From positions 1 through 60,724 of the forward strand of contig CALSCP010000312.1 of the NCBI GenBank assembly GCA_943704425.1: a stretch of DNA of 60,724 nucleotides, in the 5' to 3' direction. The translations under genes were made by a program, and so were the position numbers. The notes beneath the pieces are model-generated. The model made no database searches and was not told the DNA's origin. It was given only the letters and a program-made list of their open reading frames with translations. Below, piece by piece: positions 1 through 9,659 of the stretch (the stretch's first letter is position 1; every line of letters begins with the position of its first letter). The stretch is from Ministeria vibrans ATCC 50519 (Eukaryota; Protista; Filasterea).

Positions 1-90
<90 letters not shown>
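1..90. repeat. (CT)n microsatellite in the intron upstream of the FAH exon
   Basis: Pure CT dinucleotide run. Confidence 0.98.
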
Positions 91-92
<2 letters not shown>

Positions 93-154
93 TATTTTGT
101 TTGAATATTATGTTAACAGTATTTTGTCGTTTGACTTGTTTCCTATGGCTATAG

Positions 155-586
155 GAGGAAAATGCGATGGACTACGTGGCAGGCTACACGGTTGCGCACG
201 ACGTTTCAGCGCGGGACTGGCAGCTGGAGCGTAACGGAGGCCAGTGGCTTGTGGGCAAAGCTTTCGACACATTTGCACCTATTGGCCCTGCACTGGTGAC
301 GCCCGATGAGCTAGGTGACCCACACGACCTTGCCATTCGCTGCCGCGTCAATGGTGAAACAATGCAGGACTCGTCGACGTCCAAGCTGGTCTTTAAGACG
401 CGCGAGCTCATTGCGTTCATCTCCGATAAGTTCTCGCTGCTACCTGGCGACCTCATTCTCACAGGCACTCCGCCGGGCGTGGGATGCTTTCGCAAGCCTC
501 CCGTGTGGCTCAAGGCGGGCGATGTTGTTGAGTGCGAGATTGCCGGCATTGGCTGCATTTCAAACACTGTTGTGGCGCAGTCTTAA
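155..586 (+). CDS. Fumarylacetoacetate hydrolase family protein (FAHD2-like), last exon; 5' part lies outside the window
   Basis: Motifs [63 protein letters not shown] acceptor at 153-154 is in frame. Confidence 0.9.
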   Translation, partial: EENAMDYVAGYTVAHDVSARDWQLERNGGQWLVGKAFDTFAPIGPALVTPDELGDPHDLAIRCRVNGETMQDSSTSKLVFKTRELIAFISDKFSLLPGDLILTGTPPGVGCFRKPPVWLKAGDVVECEIAGIGCISNTVVAQS

Positions 587-625
587 AAATATTAATAAAC
601 AAAAATAATTAATGTGTTTGTTGGT

Positions 626-2518
626 TTACAATTGAATGGAATCTAGGACAATGCCGTCAAAGGGGAGGGAGAGGCCACAGTCGGAGGCAGCAACATCGGC
701 GGACGAACGACCCTGGTGGGCGAGCAGCAAGTGAAGACGACGGTCAGAGGGGCTCGGCAGGACGAAGGGGGCGACGCGTGGTTCGGAGCCCATGTCGTAC
801 GTGCCGTGGAGACGAAGGGCGTCGGGGTCGCACGGGGAGGCAAGGCCGTGTGTGAGTAGAATAGTGCTGTTGGGCGCAGTGGTGTAGGTGAGAACGCTCG
901 AGGTGGCGACAGGCTGCGAGTCGCACAGAGCCGGTGTTGCGCGTTTGTTTCGGTGCTCGGTGTTCCAGCAATAGCTGTTGGCGTTGACGAGGACAAGGTC
1001 GCCGTGGGGACTGAGCGCAAGCGAGGGCTGTGTGCCCACGCCAATGGCTGTAAAAGGAGTGGCAAAGGATGACGAGGGTTGCAGAGGCAAAACGAGCGTG
1101 GCTGCCATGATGGTGCTGTTGTTCTCAATGACAAAGAGCGCTTCTGTAGCGGACGGAAGGACACAGGCGCTCGAGCTTGGAACGAGCTGTGTGGTCGTGT
1201 GAACAATGTCGTTCTGGTGCCATTCATGCGACGTTTCGTCAAAAGAAACCGAGAAGAGTCGCCCAAACGAGTCAGCACCAACAAGGAGTGTGATGTTCAT
1301 GTCGTGGTTCGTGTGCGAACAGAGCGAGCGCGCGTCCTGTGCGATACAGACGGAATCCACGAGACTGTTCGAGTGGATTCGGTAAGCACATAGAGTAGAG
1401 GACGCCGAATGCGTCGCAGAGATAAAGGCGTGGTAGGGCGAGTGGGTGAGGGCCAGGGCACGGTGCGGGAGAGCGGTAGGCGGAGCGATAGAGGACGCGG
1501 TGCCGTCGTGGACTGACCACGGCTGGTACAAGGTGACGTTTGGGTTGGTGTTTTCGCTGAAGAGCAGAAGGAACGAAATGAGATGTGGCGTGACGGATGT
1601 GATGATGAGATGGGGTGCAGCGGCGCGCGGGACAGCATGCACATTGATGTTGTTGGTGGCATTGGAGTAGCTGGCGGCATACACGCTGAACTGCACCGGA
1701 TCAATGTTGATGGCAAAACGCAGGCCGAGCACAGGTTGTTCTCCGACAGCGTACGCCTGGGATACTGCCTGGATTTGAGACTGCGCAGAGGGTTCCCAGA
1801 AGAGGAAAGGGTAGGTGTTGGAGGAGACAAACTTTCCGTAGTGACTCGCGCGCATCTCCACCAAATATTTTTGCGTGTCGAGCGACGAACCGGACGGCAT
1901 GTTGTTGACTTGGAAACGATCGTAGCCAAGCGAGGCGTTGTTCGACGTGATGGCGTCCGCGGGGTCGTGTGTGACGATAAAAGTGGCGTTCCACGGTCGC
2001 CAGCGTTCTCGAAGACACTCGCGTCCCGTCGACGGCGTCGCAATGCCGTCGAGAACAAACTCGACACGGTCGCGACCGGGTGCGGTGTTGGCCTTGTGTA
2101 CAAACTCGTCGACGAGCGCCGTCCAGTTTTGGGCACGCGCAGAGCCGTCGCACGGATTCAGACTGCCCTTGAAGCACAGCGCAATGTGGACCTTGTCGGG
2201 AAAGAGGGGCTGCTGCGACCGCAAGAGATCAAGCACGTCGTCGAGGGTGAAGTAGTCGGTGCGCGTCGCTACAGGGGTGTCGTGATTGAGCACGAGGCAG
2301 CCACGGGCGTCGGTGGGTTCGACAACGCGCGTTTGTGTTGTGCAAAAAGCACTTGGCATCCAAGTGGGGTCAATTTTCCACCAGTCGACGTGAGAGGATC
2401 GCAACAGGCTGGGCCATTGACGGAGGTCGTTATACGAGTGAGCCTGGAATGAGATGAGCGATCGTGGGGAGGAGAAAGAGAACGGGATGGCGGAGACGAG
2501 AAGGAGGAGCACAATCAT
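626..2518 (-). CDS. Secreted protein with N-terminal PLC-like phosphodiesterase (GDPD/Aim6-like) domain and beta-rich C-terminus
   Basis: Single long ORF with ATG at 2518. Signal-peptide-like MIVLLLLVSAIPFSFS. AHSYND, KID and LVLNHD...FTLDDVL resemble PLC-like phosphodiesterase catalytic-His motifs. Confidence 0.6.
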   Translation of the reverse strand: MIVLLLLVSAIPFSFSSPRSLISFQAHSYNDLRQWPSLLRSSHVDWWKIDPTWMPSAFCTTQTRVVEPTDARGCLVLNHDTPVATRTDYFTLDDVLDLLRSQQPLFPDKVHIALCFKGSLNPCDGSARAQNWTALVDEFVHKANTAPGRDRVEFVLDGIATPSTGRECLRERWRPWNATFIVTHDPADAITSNNASLGYDRFQVNNMPSGSSLDTQKYLVEMRASHYGKFVSSNTYPFLFWEPSAQSQIQAVSQAYAVGEQPVLGLRFAINIDPVQFSVYAASYSNATNNINVHAVPRAAAPHLIITSVTPHLISFLLLFSENTNPNVTLYQPWSVHDGTASSIAPPTALPHRALALTHSPYHAFISATHSASSTLCAYRIHSNSLVDSVCIAQDARSLCSHTNHDMNITLLVGADSFGRLFSVSFDETSHEWHQNDIVHTTTQLVPSSSACVLPSATEALFVIENNSTIMAATLVLPLQPSSSFATPFTAIGVGTQPSLALSPHGDLVLVNANSYCWNTEHRNKRATPALCDSQPVATSSVLTYTTAPNSTILLTHGLASPCDPDALRLHGTYDMGSEPRVAPFVLPSPSDRRLHLLLAHQGRSSADVAASDCGLSLPFDGIVLDSIQL

Positions 2519-2716
2519 TGAACCGCTCAAAAATTAACAAAAAAATATAAAATTAATTATAATAATAAGAAAGATTATGAATTTAATAAAAACAAATAAA
2601 AATTATTCACACTACTAATTCTAATGATAAAACTGTATTGATCTCTTGGACTGTAGATTTGCTCTGTCGTCGTGACACCACTGACTACCTCAAACCCCTC
2701 CTCTTTAAGCGTGGCC

Positions 2717-3040
2717 ACCACTGCCGAGCATGAGCTTGTCCGAGACACCAAAGAAAAGCGCTCCTACATCGCCCTTGACTTCAACAAGGACATCCAGGTA
2801 AGCGCCACGCTCGACAACAATGATAGGAGTATTCACTTTGGCAACCTCAGCGTTGCCTCTGCACGGAGACTCTGTTCCGGCCCTCGCTCTTTCAACCCAG
2901 ACACCATCCTCGCCAGCAGCCCAGGCACGCACTGCATAGCTCCGTCATAAAGTGCGACAAGGAGGGTCCAGAAGGAACGAAGAAGGAACATTGTCCTGTT
3001 GGGTGGGACGACCACAAGCACCGAACGACTTTTTGCAGAG
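2717..3040 (+). pseudogene. Degenerate actin fragment
   Basis: TTAEHELVRDTKEKRSYIALDF matches actin [22 protein letters not shown]. In shifted frames, SVIKCDKE and NIVLLGGTT match SIMKCDVD and NxVLSGGTT. Frameshifts and deletions are present. Confidence 0.75.
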
Positions 3041-3395
3041 ACCACCATTCGCGCATGGTCCGCCAAGCTCTGCATCAGTAAACAACCGTCTTCCAAACAA
3101 CAAAAAAGAAGAAAAAAAAAAACGCCGCAGAGTCTCTCTGTTAACGCTGTCGTCTATCTCGCAGCCCGGTTCTCGGACAACCCACAGGGATATCAGAGAA
3201 TATCGACTCGGTTCTTTGTTGAAGGCTATGTAGGGAGATAGGGCCGAGAGGGGATACAGAGCCGGGAGACAAGGGAGGGTCGGGTGGCGAAATAGGGCTG
3301 GGCTCTAACAGAGAGACGAGCGGTGGGACTTCTCTGTCGAGGAGGCGAGGGGAGGTATGGCCGGGAGGAGAGACATCATTCCTCGGACCTGGTTC

Positions 3396-3448
3396 TTTTT
3401 TTTTTTTTGCGAAAATCCTAGGGCAGTAGCTTCATTGTACAAGACAAT
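3396..3448 (-). repeat. A-tailed short element (copy 1), similar to the insertion at 4516-4562
   Basis: Minus strand TTGTCTTGTACAATGAAGCTACTGCCCTAGGATTTTCGC followed by poly-A. Confidence 0.6.
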
Positions 3449-3888
3449 CTGACCATCCGAAGCGGCCGCTCCACCCCCGCATGAGCCGAGCGGATATTCT
3501 ATGAGACTCGCACGCAATAGCTCACCCAGGGCAAGTGAGACTCTCCGCAGCTGAAGGCGCCTCCTGATTATAAACCAAAAATCTCACACACGTAAAAGGG
3601 GAAAAAGGAAAGGGGATAAAGAAAGAAGGGGTAGTTGGGAGAAAGACAGACGACCCAACAAGAAAAATCCTCCCCGCCCCCTTCTTTCCCCAACATTGCT
3701 TCGCTGTGAAACTTCTTCGGTCACTTCGCTGTTGATAACAGTCAGAATCACTCCCCGGTTTTGGTGTGTGTTTCACATAATTATTGTATTATAGACCGAG
3801 ACTCTTATTTTGACTATAATTACGATAAAAATTGTGATGATGGAAGAATTAATAATAAAAATGCGATCGCTCTTTATCCTCTCTCTCT

Positions 3889-6800
3889 TCACTCTTTCAC
3901 TCCACACCCCCATCGGTACAAGTAAACCTCTCCGCTGTTGACCATTCCCGCAGTCCAGTCCTTCCAAATACGCCCCACAAGCGCAGACTGGAATGTGTTG
4001 GCAGGGTCCAGCGACTGCAGTCGATGCCGCAGCTCAACCGCAGTTAGACACTCCTCGCCCTCACGGAAGGCCCGTCGGTCGGGGCCCAGTGCGAGGACCA
4101 GCAGCTCAGTCATGCGCGTCTTGCTGCGGTCTGTTGTAGTGAATGCTTTGGTGTCTTTGAGTGCGCTTGTGATGAGTTGGCGCGCATAGACACCCTTTTG
4201 AGCCGGAGGCACTGATGGAGTGCGCTGAGTGGGCAGTGATGGTGTGAGGTCCTCGTCGGGCTCAATGAACACGCCACTGTTGCAGAAGTCGCAGAACACC
4301 AACGCATTGCCACCCAGCCAGAACACGTCTTCTTGGAGGATCGTATTGAGATTGCGCAGAGTCAGGCGCGACAGACGACCGCTCACTGTCTTGCGCGCGT
4401 CACTCAGCAACAACCCTCCAGTGCCATCCTCTGCTCCATGTCCAATCAGATGCACAATCAACAACAGTGAGTCCTGTCCAGCAATCGATCCTGCTCTCAT
4501 TGCCAGTCGATGCATTTGTTTTTTTGGAAGTCCTAGAGCAAAAGCTTCATTGTACAAGACAACATTGCCAGTCGATGCATGGCGTCCTCAATCTGACTCT
4601 TGACCACCCGATCGCCTTTCTTCCAGTCCACCACACTCTCCACATCGCACCCTCGCGCCGTCCACACGTCCTTGAGTAGTCGAGCACTCTCACGCACGCC
4701 TCGCAAGTCATCATAGTACTGAAGAGCAGTGTTGCCCGACGACTGGTAGCGACTCACTCCCACAATCAGCACAGACACATGCGAGTAGATGCCAGGAACT
4801 AACAAAGAAAATAATTAGTGCTAAACGATATTTAAAAAAGAAATCACATAACCTTCCGTTTCACCCACCACTTGTGAAGATTTAGATTGCACACCAGAGC
4901 CTGTCCAGAGTGACGCGCAAGCTCTGCTCTCACCACGTCTCCATCTCGGTACTGCTCGGGGTGCTTGGCGACACTTTCGGGAAGGAAGAGTGGACGGGAT
5001 GCGTCGGTGGGATGTGCAGGTACCACCACAGCAGAGCCGCGCCAGCCCCATCGCAGAGTGCGCGTCGACTCACACACAGTCTCAACCAACTTCGTCCACG
5101 TCGCCCCACACTTGCCTGGCGCCTCACTCAGCAACTCCACGCGAATGAACCACTCGTTGCTGTTGAGTCGAAGTCGCACAGGGACACATCCGTCCATGGC
5201 GAGTGCGTTTGTGCATCGTTGAGTCGCTTCGATGGGGCTGTCGGGCGGACATGCGCGCCACAGTGCCACCACCACCAGATGGAATGTGGCGAGGGACACG
5301 GGAAGTACCTCCCAGTCGCCGGTGGCACTGCTTGTCATCTGGTAGAGGAACAGAACAGCAGGAGCGGGCGCAGTGCTGGAGAGGAAGGGAGCGTCGTCGG
5401 GCAGCAGCATGGGCACCAACAGCAAGTCCCCGTGACGCTTCGCCAGACTCAGGTGCTCCAGACACTCCATGAACGTGCCAACATCACCCACGTCACCGCC
5501 ACAGAGTAGGGGGTCCTTGCTGTCTTTGGCTGCCGTCCACACGAGCCACTCCGCCGCTTCGAGGGGAAATCCCGCCGCAGACAATGTGCGTGACTCGTCC
5601 AGTCTCTGTAGGATTTTCTCTGTGCGAGACAGATCGGAAGCACGACCCGCCTCGACGACTTTCTTGAGCATGTCCAGGGCACGGGTGCTTGAAGCCCGTC
5701 CCCATCGCGCCAACACCACCGAGCAGAGCAGTTCTAGCGCCGCAATCAGATGAGGGATGTCAAAGACGACTGTGTCCGTCTCGCGCACATCTTGAGACGT
5801 CGCGTTCTCACGGCACACCACAATGTCCGCCGCGGACTCCAGATAGGGTACCAGTTCAGTGCGAATCATTGAGCCGTCCGAAATCAACGCAGAGAGAGTG
5901 ATGCGAGGGTCGTCGTTGAGAACGAGTGAGCCCAGATCTGACACGCGTGACATGAGCGCGATCTTCTTCTCTCGTGCGCGGCGCCCAATCAAGTCTTGCG
6001 CACACACATACTCCATGGGCAGAGTACGCTGGCGCACAGCATCATGCATCGCCTTTGAAAGTGGTCCTAGTCCGATCCTTTTCTTGCTGCCGACTGCGAA
6101 AAAGGCGAGGGAGGTGGGGCCGTTTAGTCGCATGAGGTGTTTACCCAAGACCACGCCGACGAGACGGAAGATCGCATCTGAGACTCTCTGGAGGAGAGCG
6201 GCTGGGGCTGTGTCGTCGGGGAAGGTGTCGAGGTGGGTGGCGACGATGATGACTTTGAAGTAGGAGTGCTCTGTGTCGGGAACTTGGTGCATGATCATGT
6301 GCGCCCACTTGGAAATGTGCTCGTACTGGCGCTGGGCGGTCGTTGGGTCAGACATGGCGGAGAGATCGAAGACGACGAGGTAGAGGGACTCCGAGCCCAT
6401 GAAAAGGGCCGGGAGGGAGTCGAACATCGCTTCGCCTGAGAGGGAGGGAATGAAGAGTTCGCAAGGACAAGAAAGAGAAAACGAGAGTTTAAGGGAGAGC
6501 AACGAAAAGTAGAGAGGCATCAAGGGAGGGTAGAAAAAGGGACAAAGACACAGAGAAAGTTCAAGATTCAAGACTCAGAGAGCGAGAGAAATCGTGTGCG
6601 CGTGGTTAGGGTGTGGTTAGTGTGTGTGGTTAATGTGGTTAGTGTGTGTGGTTAGTGTGGTTAGTGTGCCCATTGTGCTTCGTGTGAGTCTGTGCTCAGT
6701 GTTCAAGACTCAGAGAGCGAGAGAAACCGTGTGTGTGTGTTTAGCGTGTGTGGTCAGTGTGTGTGGTTAGTGCTTAGTGTGTGCTTAGTGCTTAGTGTGT

Positions 6801-8977
6801 GGTTAGTGCTTAGTGCGCGTAGTGTGTGCTTAGTGTGCTTAGTGTGCCCATTGTGCTTAGTGTGCGTGTGTGCTCAGTGTGCTTAGTGTGTGTGTGCTTA
6901 GCGTGTGTGAGTGTGTGAGAGTGCGTGTGCTTAGTGCTTAGTGTATGTGCTCAGTGTGCTTAGTGTGTGCGTGTGCATGAGAAGAGATACACAGACCCAG
7001 AAGACAGCAAAAAAAAGTCAAAGATGAAAAAAAAAAAAAAATGCATACCGGCAAAGTCAAAGGTCTCAAGGTCGATGTGGCCCTCGCGCAAGTCAGACTT
7101 GAGTAGAGTGAGAACGGTTTGCATAGTGGCGCTGATGATAGGCGGCTGCGTGGGTGTCTCTTTGCTGGAGAACGTCAGCTTCAGCTTTTCCATGAGGGAG
7201 GGGGTCGGGACTCGGATGTGCGGTGAGCGGCGTGTAGCAGGCGGGTTTGACGATGAGGACGAGGATGCCGAACGTGTTGCTTGTGAAGTGGGTGGCAGGG
7301 ATATCTCTGCGACAGCCGCATCTGTCACTCCGCTCTCCTCCGGCACTGAGATGAGACTTGCCACGTGGAACTCGTCCTGAGGCACTGACTTGAAGAGACC
7401 TGTACGGCCATCAAAGATCATGCGTAGTCGCTTCATGCGGGTCGCCACTGAGCGATCCTTTAGGTTGGGTAGAGGGCTACCCTGTAGGGCTGCGAGCAGA
7501 GCAGTCTTGCCGGCAAGGACAGCACCCAGAGAGAGCAATTTGATTGAGCGGTGGTGAACAGAGCCACGCTGGAGGGCAGCGTGAAATGCACATTTGTACG
7601 GGCCTATTATCACAAGTTGAGTCAAAGACAATTCAGGATCAAATACGAAACCTTTCGAGGCCTCGAACTCCAGAAAGAACGCTGTTGAATCATTCTTCCA
7701 TTGCGCGCGGTCTGCAATCGACAACGTCGTGACCAAGCAATAGATACAACCCTACTTACCAACTGAAAAAGGTTCACTTGCTCATTCTGAGTATTTTTCA
7801 AACTTACCAACTAAGACAATGTGGAGAAGAACACAAGAGTGCAAAACACAGTCCAAATCAGTCACTCACTCATTCGAACTATTCACAAAACTTACATGCT
7901 AAGACAATGCAAAGAAGAACACAGGAGTGCAAAACACAGTCCAAATCAGTCACTCACTCATTCGAACTATTCACAAAACTTACGAGCTAAGAAGACAATG
8001 CAAAGAAGAACACAAGAGTGCAAAACACAGTCCAAATCAGTCACTCACTCATTCGAACTATTCACAAATCTTACCGTCTAAAACAAAGAAGAACACAAGA
8101 GTGCAAAACACAGTCCAAATCAGTCACTCACTCATTCGAACTATTCACAAACTTACGCCCTAAGACAATGCAAAGAAGAACACAAGAGTGCAAAACACAG
8201 TCCAAATCAGTCACTCACTCATTCGAACTATTCACAAAACTTACCGTCTAAGACAAAGAAGAACACAAGAGTGCAAAACACAGTCCAAATCAGTCACTCA
8301 CTCATTCGAACTATTCACAAACTTACGCCCTAAGACAATGCAAAGAAGAACACAAGAGTGCAAAACACAGTCCAAATCAGTCACTCACTCATTCGAACTA
8401 TTCACAAAACTTACGAACTAAGACAATGCAAAGAAGAACACAAGAGTGCAAAACACAGTCCAAATCAGTCACTCACTCATTCGAACTATTCACAAAACTT
8501 ACCAGCTAAAACAAAGAAGAACACAAGAGTGCAAAACACAGTCCAAATCAGTCACTCACTCATTCGAACTGTTCACAAATCTTGCCAACTAAGACAATGC
8601 AAAGAAGAACACAGGAGTGCAAAACACAGTCCAAATCAGTCACTCGCTCATTCGAACTATTCACAAAACTTACATCCTAAGACAACGCAAAGAAGAACAC
8701 AAGAGTGCAAAACACAGTCCAAATCAGTCACTCACTCATTCGAACTATTCACAAATCTTACATCCTAAGACAATGCAAAGAAGAACACAAGAGTGCAAAA
8801 CACAGTCCAAATCAGTCACTCACTCATTCGAACTATTCACAAAACTTACCGTCTAAAACAAAGAAGAACACAACAGTGCAAAACACATTAGGTTAGCCTG
8901 CTTGTTTATTTTTCTTTTCATTTCAATCCGAACCGACCAAATACCTTTCTCTGTTTTCTTGCTTTGCTCATGTCGAC
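3889..8977 (-). CDS. ROCO-type Roc GTPase-COR-caspase-like (peptidase C14) multi-exon gene; 5' end includes the micro-exon array; this copy may be disrupted
   Basis: Roc G1 IKLLSLGAVLAGKTALL. G3 FDFAG|EAMF is joined in frame by the phase-1 intron 7048..6436. Further Roc motifs SLYLVVFDLS, G4 VIIVATHLD and FFAVGS. COR-like LEHLSLAKRHGDLLLVPMLLP. C14 domain VLIVGVSRY...LIGHG (His 4440-4438)...DFCNSG (Cys 4284-4282). The 5' boundary and the COR-caspase junction are uncertain. Confidence 0.75.
4498..4580 (-). mobile_element. 47-bp A-tailed insertion with 18-bp target-site duplication, frameshifting the caspase-like domain
   Basis: CATTGCCAGTCGATGCAT occurs at 4498-4515 and 4563-4580, so peptide MHRLAM appears twice. 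Net +65 bp. The insert ends CCAAAAAAACAA on the minus strand. Confidence 0.75.
6559..6965. repeat. Degenerate GT-rich GGTTAG/GCTTAG repeats with a duplicated block, inside the Roc intron
   Basis: TTCAAGACTCAGAGAGCGAGAGAAA occurs at ~6567 and ~6702. There are many gtggttag/gtgcttag units. Confidence 0.85.
7760..8890 (-). repeat. Tandem array of near-identical 79-88 nt introns separated by 14 three-nucleotide micro-exons
   Basis: Each unit on the minus strand reads GTAAG (once GCAAG)...CTGAT...polypyrimidine...TTAG, then 3 variable nt. Micro-exons in transcript order: 8850-52 ACG, 8762-64 GAT, 8674-76 GAT, 8586-88 TTG, 8503-05 CTG, 8415-17 TTC, 8327-29 GGC, 8245-47 ACG, 8157-59 GGC, 8075-77 ACG, 7984-86 CTC, 7896-98 CAT, 7808-10 TTG, 7760-62 TTG. 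Confidence 0.85.
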
Positions 8978-9659
8978 CTTAGAGAAGTGTATCCAGAAGG
9001 CGCAGGCCCACAACGCGACTGTTTGCACTTCGGTGTCAGGCCCCCGTCGTGTGTCACGCGCCGCTTTCGCTGGTTCAGCGAATCTGGAAAAACAGTGAGA
9101 ACTTCTTAACCTTGTTAAGCTTGTTTAAACTGTAAAGTTTCAATTTCAATCCTCTAATCGTCCCTTTCTCTGCTGAGTCTGCTCCTTCTGTCACTCATGC
9201 CACATTCAGCATCGCGCCGTAACACCTCGACACCCGTCACGACTGCAATGGCGAAAAATACGAAACCCCCAGCCAGCGACACAGACCCACTCAGCCACTC
9301 AGCGCACACTCGCCAAGAATTCAACAGCACCAAGTCCGTGCAACATTCCGAACCGCAAAGACGAAGGCGTGCTGTAACAAAACCGTTGGCGCGACTTTCA
9401 AAAGAGTTCTCAGCGCCAACGACTTCCACCATCATTCTCGAAAATCATCGCCGTGCATTGGGCGATCTCGTGCCGGTACAGCGACCCCAGCTCAATGCTA
9501 CAGGTGCCATTCAACTGGCACCCCCCGAGCTGGCCCCTCTCGCCACCGCGGTCGTGTACAACATGGCCGAGACTTACGCGGCGAAGAACCGGTTCCGTCA
9601 ATTGTTGCTTGCACAGCTCGGTTTCTTGTTGTTTTTGCCAACATTTTTGTCATCAGGAG

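Noticed and set aside
3375-3520. SRP RNA or snRNA gene
   Set aside because: CAGGTCCGAGG only loosely resembles SRP helix 8, and I found no other conserved SRP or U-snRNA motifs.
4516-4580. The 65-bp insert as a normal intron
   Set aside because: No GT/GC..AG placement I tested restores an open frame; the one in-phase GT option creates TGA.
6600-6965. Interstitial telomere
   Set aside because: There is only one true TTAGGG; the rest is degenerate GT-rich sequence inside an intron.
7800-8890. CRISPR array
   Set aside because: The repeats are ~85 bp and the variable part is only 3 nt. There are no cas genes, the context is eukaryotic, and splice signals explain the structure better.
7778-8896. 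Plus-strand repetitive ORFs (MQNTVQISHSL...)
   Set aside because: These are translation artefacts of the repeat with non-ATG starts and frequent frame breaks.
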